DNA of 64,000 bases from Zancudomyces culisetae HAW-14-8 (GCA_052426225.1 JBNJNM010000021.1:1984001-2048000); one strand, 5' to 3'; counted from the first letter of the stretch, positions 1 through 12,120 are shown. Numbers and translations are program-made. The notes: a model not told the origin generated them from the sequence alone.

Positions 1-2685
1 AAAATCTTGCAAAAGGTTTCATAGTCCGCTCGAAATCACCTGCTGGAGCCCCTGTATTCTTCACAGGTAAAAATGATGGCTCTTTAAGACTAGTTGTGGA
101 CTACAGAGCTCTAAACAAAGTCGTTAAACGTAACCGGTATCCTTTACCGTTGATGACTGAGCTACTGGAACGAGTCCAATCTGCTAAAGTATTCACCAAA
201 CTTGATCTGCGTGGCGCGTACAATCTGGTACGCATAAGGAAAGGCGATGAAGAAAAAACGGCTTTCCGAACACAGTATGGTCAGTTTGAGTACAAATTTA
301 TGCCATTCGGCCTGGCTAATGCTCCTGGAACCTTTCAATCATTTGTCAATGACGTTTTTCGTGATATCCTAGACGTATATGTTGTCATATACCTTGATGA
401 CATTCTGGTATTTTCTGCAACACCTGAAGAACATACTACCCATGTTCGTACTGTTTTAGAAAGACTAATCGCTCACAAACTCTACGCCAAACTTGAAAAG
501 TGTGAGTTTGACAAGAAAGAGTAGAGTTTTTAGGCTTCATAATCACACCTGCAGGCCTAGTCATGGATCCGTCTCGTGTATCTGCAATATTGGATTGGGA
601 TACACCAAAATCAGTCAAGGACATCCAATCCTTCCTTGGATTTGTTAACTTCTATCGCCGTTTTATCCAAGACTTTTCACGTATTGTAACTCCGATTACC
701 TCCTTACTCAAGAAAAATGCCCAGTTTATCTGGGGCTCAGCACAACAATCTGTGTTTGAAAATCTCAAGGAACAATGTACCACAGCTCCCGTTCTCTCAC
801 ATCCTGACCCAGAAACTCAGTTTCTCCTCGAATGTGATGCATCCAACTTTGCTCTAGAAGCTGTGTTATCTCAGAAAATTAATGGCGAAACTCATCCTGT
901 AGCTTTCTATTCCCGAACGCTGAATCCTGCTGAAAGAAACTACCACATCTATGACAAGGAACTACTAGCCATCAAATGTGCCCTCGAGCAGTGGCGACAT
1001 CATCTAGAAGGTGCCTCTCATCCGGTTTTGGTCATCACCGACCACAAGAATCTTGAGTATTTCCGCTCCGCCAAGATTCTCAATCAACGCCAAGCAAGAT
1101 GGGCACTGTTCCTAACCCGGTTTGATATCGAGCTTACTTACTGTCCAGGATCACAAAACGGTAAAGCAGATGCTCTATCTAGGAAGGATGAGCATAAGGA
1201 GGGGGTGAATCATGAAGATAGACCTATCTGGCAACCCAAGTTTGTAATTGCAGCTATTGACACCAGCCAGGCTGGTGATATCATTTCTCAAATCAAAGCA
1301 ATTACTGAATCTGATACTCAAGCTCAAGAACTTCTAAACAACTCAAAAGTCTCCTGTTCTGATAATATCTTAGTGTACAACAATAGGATGTTTGTTCCTG
1401 AATCACTGCGTCTTCAAGTTCTTGCCATGTGTCATGACACACTGCCAGCTGGTCATTTTGGTCACGCTAAAACCATGTCCTTGGTTTCACGTCAGTTCCG
1501 GTGGCCAAACATGAAAGCCACAATAAAAGACTACATTGACTCTTGCGATACCTGCAACCGAGCAAAACACATCTCTACTAAGCCATCAGGACTCTTAATG
1601 CCATTGAATACTCCCAATCGTCCTTGGGAATCAGTATCAATGGATTTCATTGTGGAACTACCACGTTCACAGGGCAACACTGTTGTACTGGTTGTTGTGG
1701 ATCGTCTCACCAAGATGGCTCATTTCATCCCTCTCAAAAGTACACCATCTGCTTCTGATACTGCTACTAGCTTCATGGATAATGTATTCAAGTTACATGG
1801 ACTTCCCAACAGCATTGTCTCCGATCGTGGCCCACAGTTTGTATCCAAGTTTTGGACCGAACTCTCTCGACTTCTAAACATCAAACTTCATCACTCTACT
1901 GCATACCACCCACAATCTGATGGTCAAACTGAACGCATCAATCAAATATTTGAATAGTATTGAGGTGTTTTGTTAACTATCAACAAGATAATTGGTGTCA
2001 GTTGCTCCCAATGGCTGAGTTTGCTTACAACAATGCAACTCACGCTATTACCAAGGTTAGACCATTTCATGCTATTATGGGTATGATCCCCAGTTTATTA
2101 TTAGCAACCTCAATGATTCCAATGTACCAAATACTCAGGAATTTGCTAGTCATCTACAAACTATTCAACTGAGTTAAAACTACACCTAAGTAAGGCCAAG
2201 GAGAACTACAAGAGGTTTGCTGATCGCAATAGAAACCCTCTAGTTACATTCACTGCTGGTGATTAGGTTTGGTTATCACAAACCAACCTTAAAACCATGA
2301 GACCATCTCAAAAACTGGATTTCAAATACATCGGACCATTTGAAATCATTGAGATGGTTAACCCAGTAGCTGCAAGACTCAAACTCCCTGCAACCATGAG
2401 AATACACCCTGTATTCCATGTATCACTTCTAAACCTTATGAATCTAACTTACTGTCCAATCGTCTTCAAGAACTTCCACCACCACCTGTTATTGTTGATA
2501 ACCAAGAAGAGTACGAAGTAGCTGCTATACTCGACGCTAAAATATCCAAAGGTAAATTGAAATATCTAATCGACTGGAAAGGATACGCACCTGAGGATAG
2601 AACATGGGAAGACGCATCAGATGTCCACGCCCCTGAAATTGTAGCCGACTTTTACAACCAATATCCGAATTAGCCAGGTCCTTGA
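1..2685 (+). pseudogene. Retrotransposon pol (RT-RNaseH-IN-chromodomain) interrupted by frameshifts and stops
   Basis: ORFs 96-524, 563-1957, 1960-2172 and 2297-2521 are colinear pieces. Frameshift near 520, in-frame TAG at about 1956, 2263 and 2671, further frameshifts near 2070 and 2430. Confidence 0.93.
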
Positions 2686-2694
2686 GTAGGCATT

Positions 2695-2706
2695 AGAGGG
2701 GAGTGA
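2695..2706 (+). other. Polypurine tract of the retrotransposon
   Basis: AGAGGGGAGTGA directly before the TG start of the LTR. Confidence 0.85.
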
Positions 2707-3097
2707 TGTCATGATCCATTCATGACATTATTGCTATTTATAATAACATATTTAAAATAGCAAATGTTAAATTTATTAACGTTTTCTCCGCTTTAATTCT
2801 TACTCCATAAATTATTAATTATGGAGTAAGCATTAATATTTATAATAATTAAGGTTTTACCCCAAATTATTAAATTGTTAACTGTGAAGTTGACAGTTAA
2901 TATCATTTAGTTAAAGTTATAGTTTAAGTATAGTTTTATAATGTTATACAAGTAATTTTGTATATTGTAAAACTATATACGGACAAGAATTATTGCTTTA
3001 GGAAACTTTAGCAATAAAATACTTTTTCAGCTCATAGTATTTTATTAAATAAATCATAGCCAAGTAAACTAATAGTACTTAGTGTCAAGTCCTGACA
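2707..3097 (+). repeat. 3' LTR (391 bp)
   Basis: Starts TGTCA after the PPT and ends TGACA at 3097; AATAAA at 3013 and 3048. The partner LTR is not in the window, so the right boundary is inferred. Confidence 0.8.
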
Positions 3098-3149
3098 GTT
3101 TGGTTTTGCCATTTCACTTTAATCTTCAATGTTCCTAAATAAATTTAAA

Positions 3150-3750
3150 CGATTCCACAGCAAACTAAACTTGAATATTTGCGATACGTCTTATTAGATG
3201 AATTATCATATGGTTTATTCATTACAGCTTGCCTAATGCTACCCGTTTAATTGAAAGGAGCGGTGTGGGGAGGTCCAAATAGAAGTTCCAAAGACTAGTA
3301 TTTAATAATTTGGTGTTTGAGTACATTCACCACAACAGCTTTTTTACTGTACACATCAGTAGTTTTCTTTTCTAACAGTGGTGTTAAGGTATTGTTCTGA
3401 TCTGCCTGGATTTTGTTGAACACTGATATTTTATTATTTGGAGTTCATCCATGACTGCACCAGAGAAACGATAATTCGAAAATATTTTGGTGTGCAAGAT
3501 TTAAAATTTAGCATTTACTGGAAACGTGGCAACTACGGCCTCAAGAAGTGCTAGTGTTGACTTTACCGTATTTGATACTTGATTTTAAATATAATTTTGA
3601 CAAGGTAATATACTGATGCAGTATGAACATGAATATGACAATCACAATGACCTGTTATGCTTTTTTATGAAATTCAACTGTTGATGTACATTTTCTAAGT
3701 CAGTAGATATGTTGGGCAACTTATACCTCCCCCTATCCGACTTTTTTGTA
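3150..3750 (-). pseudogene. Possible highly decayed retroelement integrase remnant
   Basis: Minus-strand fragments in different frames read SCSYC, PGRSEQ..NTTVRK and LELLFG, in integrase order; no intact ORF. Confidence 0.3.
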
Positions 3751-5987
3751 TAGTAGCCTTCAAATCGTATTAATGGTATCCACCTGTATTATTCTCATCT
3801 ATTTTTTAGTAGTATTCTAATTTTAGAAGGTCAAGAATGCATCTTGACTTCAAAGTATTAGGCTGAATCAAAGTGTATGAAATTTGTTAGTTTAGGTGTT
3901 ATGTATTAAACATTTTCTATTTTAATCTTTGACAGTTTTTCAATAACTTTTAGTCACACCCAGAAAATGGTAGTGTACTAGAACAAGTGTACTTTCTATG
4001 ATACTTTAGTAAATTTTTCTCCTAATAGATATATCCTATCGTAACTGGAAGTTTAAAATAAATTCGTAACTAGTTCCTAATAAAGTACTAACTCTGCACC
4101 TTTAAAACACCTAATCCCAACACGTAAAAAAAATTATTAATTAAATTAAATTATACAAATCGATTTAGTATTTTAGAATCTTGATCTAGATTGATATTAT
4201 TAGTTAATCTAAAAATAACACAATTGCACAACATTCCCATTAAACAGAGAAAACAGACCCACATACCATTAGATGTTCTTGAATAAGTGTAAAACAGAAA
4301 AAATAATCCGTTCCTGCAATTTTAAGGAATACTATTCCCTATTTCCATTCTTCCCGACAAGAGCCAGTCATTGAGTCTAATTATTAGATTGGTAATAATT
4401 ACAAATCTGTTATAAACCTAGAATTACGTTTTTAAACCTCTCACCAAGGAGTACACCACGTACCTAACAAGGCCTAGGGGTATTCTAAAAGTCGAGTAGC
4501 AACTTCAAGTTACCAGTCTCTAGGAAGGCAGCACTTACACTCATGGGTAATTCAAAAGTGTATTACTATTAATTAACTGAGTAGTAATAGACCCATTTCT
4601 AAATCAAAGTGTACTATCATAGTCTTTTATAACCCGATAACAAGCTATATGAAAGCTAAATTTCGTGTAAAACAACATTCAAAGTAGAATAAAACATAAT
4701 CACATTATTTTGAATGTCTAAATAAAAGCTATATGAACAAATATCTACAAGTTTCCACCAAAAAATTTACTTCTGGCTTATAATTATAAACAAACAAACC
4801 CATAGAAAATTATTTAATTATTAGTATCATAGTATGGTCAACCAGGAGACAACACTATTATCATATTTTTTATACTCTGTTTATTTAATATGTAGATAAT
4901 AGGTGTTTCCATAATAATAGCTCGAATTTATTGATTCGATAAGTCGTAAAATTGCGAGTTTTTAGTTTTTTTATGCTTTATCCTCAAACACCTAAAAATA
5001 ATGTAAAAAAAATTAATTCTAAATTTGAGTTAAAGATTTAACTCATTATTGTTCAAGATATTACATGAAAGCTTATAAATTATATATGATATATTACCAT
5101 AATTGGAACCATGAGCCTCCTAGTCTTGAAATGAACGGATAGAATCGCATAATTGTTATGTCAATGATCTCCAAAGGCTCAAATACAAATTCGTAAATTA
5201 ATCCCGAAGTGAGTTTAATAACCTTACTAGCTTAAAATCAGCCAATAAATTTATGCTTTAAAACTTGAATGATACTTCCAATCAATAAGGGATTAGACAC
5301 CTCATAAGTTAATAAACCTTTGTATCACAATTACGTTGGTATATGTAATATGTTGAACAAATTATATTGCTGATTACATTTTAATTTAAAATAGAATTAA
5401 CAAATTAGCAAAACTGGTGCACTTCGGGTCATTTTGTCCATTTTGAAATGATTTACGAACCTTGAATGCCACCGGTACCATCTATGCTGTGATATCGATT
5501 GCTTTTTTTTTCTAGAAATTGTGCTTGTTGTGCGATAAAACTACTACTTAGCCTCATCAAAACATTACTATTTTTATAATTCACGTGTCTCTCAAAAAAC
5601 TGATATTGAATTACTAAAAATAATATTTTTTCTGTTTCTTTCACATGCAAAAGACCAGAAATATTCATTCTCTGGGTAGAAGCTTTAGATTTTCTAACCT
5701 TAGAGAAAATACTAGAGAAAGATTATTAAATTAGGAATCATAAAACAAGTTAAAACCCATTACATATTAACTCTTATACTTATTAATCAACTTATAAATA
5801 GCTTGAACTAAATATAGGTCTAATAATTTGAGTGAGCTATTGGAGAATTGGGTTTGCAAGTATATCGGATATATTGAAAATAGTTCTAGTGTTCATGGCA
5901 TATTAGTTATCTAACTATTTTGACTAGTAACTTTTAATTCGATAAACCATTTAACCTTATGATCAAAACAGTAACTACAAAAAAAAG

Positions 5988-5994
5988 TATATAA
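5988..5994 (+). promoter_or_regulatory. Putative TATA box of the secreted-protein gene at 6100
   Basis: TATATAA about 105 bp upstream of the ATG at 6100. Confidence 0.35.
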
Positions 5995-6099
5995 TGTCCA
6001 AGTTTTTTTCAGAATCCCATTCTCTACAATTCAAAATCGTTTAGAATTTTATCCCAGTTAAAAGGTGTATAGCTTGAAATAGTTAAAAACTAAAGTAAA

Positions 6100-6522
6100 A
6101 TGGTAAGCATTTTGTTGACAACCGCAGTTTTGATTGCCTCAAAGTTTGTAGCTGGTGCTAGCATCCCAGACACCCAGACGACCATTGCAAAAAGACAAGA
6201 TGACGATAATCGCAATATCTGCTATTGAGACAATAAAAAGCAATACCCTGACAAATTTCTAAATATTGAAATGTTTGCACAAAGATCAAGGAAAAATAGA
6301 ATCGGTACAAAGGTGATTAATTCAAATCGTTATTACATCATACCAACTACTGGTTCTTGCTTGCTTAATGGTGGCACGCCTGGTGAAGGCACAATAATGT
6401 TTTGCACTGGAACTAATTGCGATGGTTACTGCCGGGCTGGGCCAAGACAAGTCTGGTATACCCCCGGAGATATGCAGAAAGTTATTGGAGGGCTTGCAAA
6501 TTCAGTTTATTGGACAATTTGA
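6100..6522 (+). CDS. Small secreted Cys-containing protein (140 codons) with in-frame TGA at 6226-6228; pseudogene or recoded
   Basis: ATG at 6100 gives MVSILLTTAVLIASKFVAGASIPDTQTTIAKR-QDDDNRNICY*DNKKQYPDKFLNIE, continuing in frame into ORF 6271-6522. Signal peptide, KR Kex2-type site, 5 Cys. Confidence 0.7.
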
Positions 6523-9445
6523 TAAGCTGATGAAAGTGCATTACTTCACGAGCCGTCTAAAAAATGAACTTAAATTTGCATAGTTACTCTTATTTTCATT
6601 ATATCAATCCTATTTAATTTAGCTACTATTTTTTAGCTTGGTAAAAAAAGCCAGCTTTGGGATAATAAATTCTATTGGTTATTATTTTTATTTATGTTTC
6701 CAACAATATATGTTTATATTATATTAAAACATGATATAAAGATATTTGCAGCGCAGGTTGAATTTTGTGAGCTATATGCTGAAAATGTTAAAATATACTC
6801 AAAATAGCTATGGAAACTGCAAAACGCAGGTTTTTTAGGATTGAGGTGACAAAAAATAAATTTAAGTGTACTCGACATCATTTCGTCAATTTTCTTCATT
6901 TCAACTTTCAATTAGTTGTATATTCTTGCAATTGTCGTGTATTCTAGGTTATAAGACCTGAATGTTTTAATTTCTTAGTAAACTTGAAGCAATTATTAGA
7001 AAGAATAATATTTCAAGTCTGAAATTCATTTTATTCATAATATTAGCAAGAAAGTTTTGAATTTTATTTCCGATCACAAAATTAATTTAATTCTCGGATC
7101 AAAAAATCCAAGAAAAATTACAAAGCGAAATAAGAACAGAGAAAGAATTTATAACTGTTATATTTAATCAAGTTAAAATGTATTTAATCGACTATGAAAA
7201 ATGAGATAGAATATGAAGATGATGGTAAGCTTGTATAAAGTATTAACTGCTATAATAATTATTAACCTGATAAGTATTTTATTAGTTTTAACAGAGCTAT
7301 AACATATTTAAATGCAAAGAAATCTTTTTATGAGTATATTTAGCTCTTTTAGTAGTTTTAATGTATATAGTAAACAATGAAATTATTTGAGTTAGGATTT
7401 TTTAATAGTACAAGTCATACGAATAGTTCTAAGGCTAGTTTTGAAAGTTAAAAACAATATTTTAGAAAAACTGAAATCTCAATGTCAGGTTTATAAATCA
7501 ACTTTGTTAGGCAATCATCCAACAGTTCCGGGGTTATGACCGCTACTCTTGCGATAGTGACATATCAGACGTCTCGTCTATGAATGTAAAACCCGAATCG
7601 GCACGTGACCCGTTTAAAAATTGAAAAATGATAAATCAGGTGTTTCTATCCGTCAGAAACTCGACCAACGAACGTTAAATATCCGGTCACGTCCGACAAT
7701 ATGTTAATTACTGTATCCGTTTGTTGTATACCACATACACGAAAAATTCTACCTCTGAAAATGCTTCCTGCAATTTTTCTCAAGCTCAAACCAACTTGTC
7801 GAAATTTGATAAACAATCGAGTGAGAGTTTGAGTATAAATAAGCTAAGAAGGTTAAACAGAGTTTGTTTGAATTGTGTATTTACTTCAAATAATTTCAAA
7901 TAAGCTGTAAAATTTCTAAAGACTGGAGATTATACTATGTATCAAAGTATTATGATCTCGATACCTCAATACTTAGTGACTAAAATCTCAATCTTGATCT
8001 CTGAAAGATTTATCAAATGAATCCAAAGACTTAATTATATCCAATCCTCTTGATGAACACCCGCTATATCAAAAATATAGAAAATAGATTCTTAGTACTA
8101 GCACAAACATAATTTCTTTTTCTTGAAACTATCGATTGATTTTATAAATGTTTCAATTCCTACTGTTTACTTACACTAATATCAGAATATTCTAACTTTT
8201 AAAACTGCAAATCTCCAAGTATTCAAAACTAAATATCTTCTATACTTGGTAATTGAAGTTGATACTTCTGGGGATTTACAATTATTAATCTGTGAAGCAC
8301 TACCTTTGTCTCTACTACAATGCTACGTCTGAAAATCCAAAGATCATTATCCTGCCCTTATAAACATTCTTGTTTTAATTTGCTGTTTATCCCTCTATAC
8401 TCATTAATTATCTTATTCATTAAATTAATTTATATATCTTTTTATCAAATACATTTACAATTGAATAAATTAGCAATAAATCCCACAACTTTAGCACTTT
8501 ATCATTATTTAACCCAGCTACTATAAATAAATACCCCTTTCTCACCCGCGCACATAACATGTTGTTATGATCCATAACCCAATTATTATAGATATTATTC
8601 ATAATCCTTTATTTAAACAATAGATTTCCCGTAGTTTTGATACCCTAAGTTTTCTAACCTGTTTAATAAATCACGTATTATCCTAGCCTTAACACACACT
8701 CACTAAAATCAATAGGTATAAATATCGAGTATGGGTAATTGGATCTAAATAATTTCTTATTATCTATACGCTAAAGCTGAGACTTATTACTATAGGGAAA
8801 CTAAAAACAGATCAGTTCTAGTCAGTAGATAGGCTAGTAAATATGGGACTGATGTATAGAAAAGTCGAAACCCCGAGTTTATTTTACAATAAGAGCAGAA
8901 TAGTGACCATTACACATATTTTTTTGAACTCAAATACTGCGCCTCAGTTCAGAATCGTTTCTAAGACGTACATCACATTTATTTAATTCAGGGAGCGATG
9001 AGAAATTAAGAGAGATGTGTGGATAAATTTTTTTTAGGTAGATTCCGTGACAGCGAGTCGCAAGATTGGTTTCTCTATTTGTATAGTGGAGGAAAACCAG
9101 TGTACTATTCTGGCTTGCACTGGAAACAGGAAAATTTTTAGATATCGTCTGTCAAACGAAGATAATAATCTTAGATTGACACAGAGCAGAAAAGACCTCT
9201 TTGAACCAACGAACGGTAAGTATGAGGTCTCTACAATATGGAGTGGAATTGGTTATGTATATAATATGTAGGTTTATTCTTTTAGTTATTTTATGCGATG
9301 TTTATTTAATAAGCTAGTTAACTTAAAACGAACTATTTTACTAAATAGAGGATAAAATTAAGACTGTAATATCAATACAGCTGAAGAAGGGAAAATGATT
9401 ATATCAAGAACACACTTTTGGCTTAGGTTCACTTGAGCCTAGCAA

Positions 9446-10210
9446 TTATTTTCCACCAGCAGTTGGCTTTGGGGCGGCTACTGGGGCTGCTGCAGCTGCT
9501 GGTGCTGGTGCTGGTGCTGGTGTTGCGGCAGCTGGTGGTGTAGATTCCTTAATTGCTTTTCTCAATTCTTTGTAGCTTTCCAAAGTACCTCTACTTTTAA
9601 GGTTGGCAAATGCCTTCTTGAGTTCATCAAATACTGGATCGCTGAAAAGCTTGTTTACACGTGCTCTCTTGGACTCAAGGCATTTGCTGCACTTCTTGCA
9701 TGCCTTGAAGCACCTCAATGGTCTGGTGCGTTTCCAGAACGTCTTAGCAGTCATCTTTCTGCATTTAACTTGGCACTCATTAGTGCACTTCTCATACTCA
9801 GGACCTTCAAATTCAGAGCACTTTCTTTCACATTTTATCATGCATCTTCTTCTGGCTACTCTGAACAAGCACTTTCTGAATTTTCTCTTGCATCTTCTAA
9901 CTCTTCTTGATCCTCTGCGTTTTCCAGCAGCCAACTCATTTCCCAAGGTTCCATCGCAGGACTCGTTTGAATACTCACCATTGTTCTCAGCGTAGGTTAG
10001 GTCACCCAGGTTTTGGATCCAGTCCCCATTATTGTTGTTGGTGTTTTCGTTTTGGTTGAAAGCAATACCTTCATTTCCAGATTCATAAATTTGGTTATCA
10101 TTTTGGTGTACTGAGTTTTGATACACATTGCTTTGTGCCGATTGTGAAGAAGCGGATACGCTCAAGGCGTTTAAAGCGAGGGTCAGTAAACTAAGGGTAA
10201 AGGTTTTCAT
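9446..10210 (-). CDS. Secreted precursor with N/Q/acidic pro-region, cationic Cys-rich domain and Ala/Pro tail
   Basis: ATG at 10210 gives MKTFTLSLLTLALNALSVSA (signal peptide), KRR site, 12 Cys in CxxxC patterns and a PAAA tail; codon usage looks like a highly expressed gene. Confidence 0.88.
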   Translation of the reverse strand: MKTFTLSLLTLALNALSVSASSQSAQSNVYQNSVHQNDNQIYESGNEGIAFNQNENTNNNNGDWIQNLGDLTYAENNGEYSNESCDGTLGNELAAGKRRGSRRVRRCKRKFRKCLFRVARRRCMIKCERKCSEFEGPEYEKCTNECQVKCRKMTAKTFWKRTRPLRCFKACKKCSKCLESKRARVNKLFSDPVFDELKKAFANLKSRGTLESYKELRKAIKESTPPAAATPAPAPAPAAAAAPVAAPKPTAGGK

Positions 10211-10337
10211 CTTTAGTGTATTTTCTAACAAGGTTTTTTTTAGTGAAGTCTAGCTGAAGGGTTGAATGATTATAGTTTTTCTTCTATTAGAGTGCGATGA
10301 TGATATAGAAAACTCAGAATATGGCCGAATTTGAAGG

Positions 10338-10345
10338 TATTTATA
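10338..10345 (-). promoter_or_regulatory. Putative TATA box of the 9446-10210 gene
   Basis: TATAAATA on the minus strand about 130 bp upstream of the ATG. Confidence 0.4.
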
Positions 10346-10451
10346 CTTTTTTTATGCTGATAAAACTACTCTCGCTTGAGTAAACACTTACTATATTAAA
10401 CTGTATTGAATTAAGACGTGAAACAATTTGATACTAGGTATGTTTTTGATA

Positions 10452-10486
10452 TGTGTGCGTGTGCGTGTGTGTGTATGTGTATGTGT
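10452..10486. repeat. (TG)n/(GTGCGT)n microsatellite
   Basis: tgtgtgcgtgtgcgtgtgtgtgtatgtgtatgtgt. Confidence 0.85.
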
Positions 10487-10779
10487 ACACAAATATAGTG
10501 TGGTCATATTTGATTTTATCTAGATTTAAGTCAAGTCCAGATCTCATCTCGAATTAAAGTTGCGACTGCGTGATTACAGCAACATATCAGGATGTGTAGT
10601 ATTTACTCTGGAGAATAAATTTATATTAGTGAGCACTTTCCTTATAAAAAATATATATCTTATAAAGTGGAATATCACTTTCTATTGGTATATTCATTTA
10701 AAAAATGGTGAAATGAAATCAAATCCTGAACAAAAAATAAGCACTAATAAGAAAAAAAATTAATACTGAGAATAAAGTT

Positions 10780-12120
10780 CCAGAATACTTGGGGGTGCAA
10801 GATTCTAGAATTTTAATAATACTATTACAAATGTGTTATATTTAATTTATACCGGAAGACTAGTCAACAAGAACAATCTCCACTATGAAATAAAAACTTT
10901 TTTCCAAATTAACCAATCAGGTTATAGTTATTTAAAGGTATTGAACAGTCTTTTAAGAAAAGAACCTGCAACAGTTGAGAGGATGAAAAAACAACAGTTG
11001 AGGAAGCCAATACCAGAAGCGTCGACTAACAACTACTGATAGATTACCGCCAAGTTTCAAAGCGGAATGTGAGCAATCATCAATTTTATGGGCCCAACCA
11101 TGAGTGACCCTTTACTGCCGAAACAGGCAGGCGCAAAAAGCCCTACAAAGCTATTCAATAAATGACGCAATAAGTTCGCAAAAAGATCTACTTTTCACAT
11201 ACTCAGAATTGGAGACAAAAAAACCTGTTTGAAAACTGACTAAGAGACGATCTGATTACACTCTCAGTGTAACTTGAGCTCAATTCGGGAATTACCACCG
11301 CCAAGACGTTTTAAAACTTTTCAGCCATATGAAGGGCTACCTCAAATTTGTGGAACATAATAAAGGACAGAATAGCTTATTTTACTTTCTAATAAGGAAA
11401 CAACTAAGTTGATATACAAGCCATTTTTATTGCTTATTAAAAAGTAGAGTTTTTTAAATCAATGAATATGACAGGAAAGTGACAGTGACCAACATTTCCA
11501 GATTTTGAGAAACAGTACTCTTTCTGTTGATTCCCAATATAATTAAAAAGTGGGAAAAAACGAAGTGACACTAATGTAAAAGACTCTTTTGTGGAAAAAA
11601 CACTTATAATGGATCAGAACGACATAAAGATAATATTCGTGAATAAAAACATAGGGATCCCTAGAACGTTATTTGTTGAAGTACTGATGACTATTTTCTG
11701 GGAAGGCTGCAACCAGATATATAATTTCAACAAACAAAAATAACACAGAAAAAATGTTTGTCACGAGCTTGAGAAGAGTCAGGAGGAACAGCTGCGACTA
11801 AAACCCGAGAGGATAAGGAAAAAAAAATTCATCAAGGAGTATAAAACTAAGATAAAGGTACGAATCAACGTCTGAAAAACCAAGGATGGATATCATAAAG
11901 GGAGCATGATGCAACCCATTAGAAAACTGACGAACATCACGGAGCCATGGATCAGTAACCAGTATAAATGCACTAGCCGCAACAGTAGAACAACATCAAC
12001 AACAACATGGGGGAGAGGGGGCTGCCCCCAATCTAAGCTCAGATCCCTTTGATGCTTGTATCATTGGTTTTAATGCTACTATAAATAATAAACCAACTGT
12101 GGTTTTGAAGTAAACATAGT
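10780..12120 (+). mobile_element. Probable ancient decayed LTR-retroelement remnant
   Basis: Integrase-like fragments (..NSLLRK, PYEG.P), a G-rich PPT-like run GGGGGAGAGGGGG at 12009-12021, then a TATA-containing segment. Confidence 0.3.

Larger units (their letters stand above)
1..3097 (+). mobile_element. Ty3/Gypsy chromovirus-type LTR retrotransposon (Tf2/Tcn1-like), 3' part, degenerate; 5' end lies outside the window
   Basis: Domain order RT (YLDD), RNase H (ECDAS, DKELLAI), integrase (HHCC zinc finger, D..D..E, GPF motif), chromodomain (EYEVAAILD...YLIDWKGY...TWE), followed by a PPT and an LTR with TGTCA...TGACA ends. Confidence 0.96.

Noticed and set aside
1-2685. RIP-like mutagenesis as the cause of retroelement decay
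   Set aside because: Only a few stops plus indels; CpA and CpG dinucleotides remain abundant
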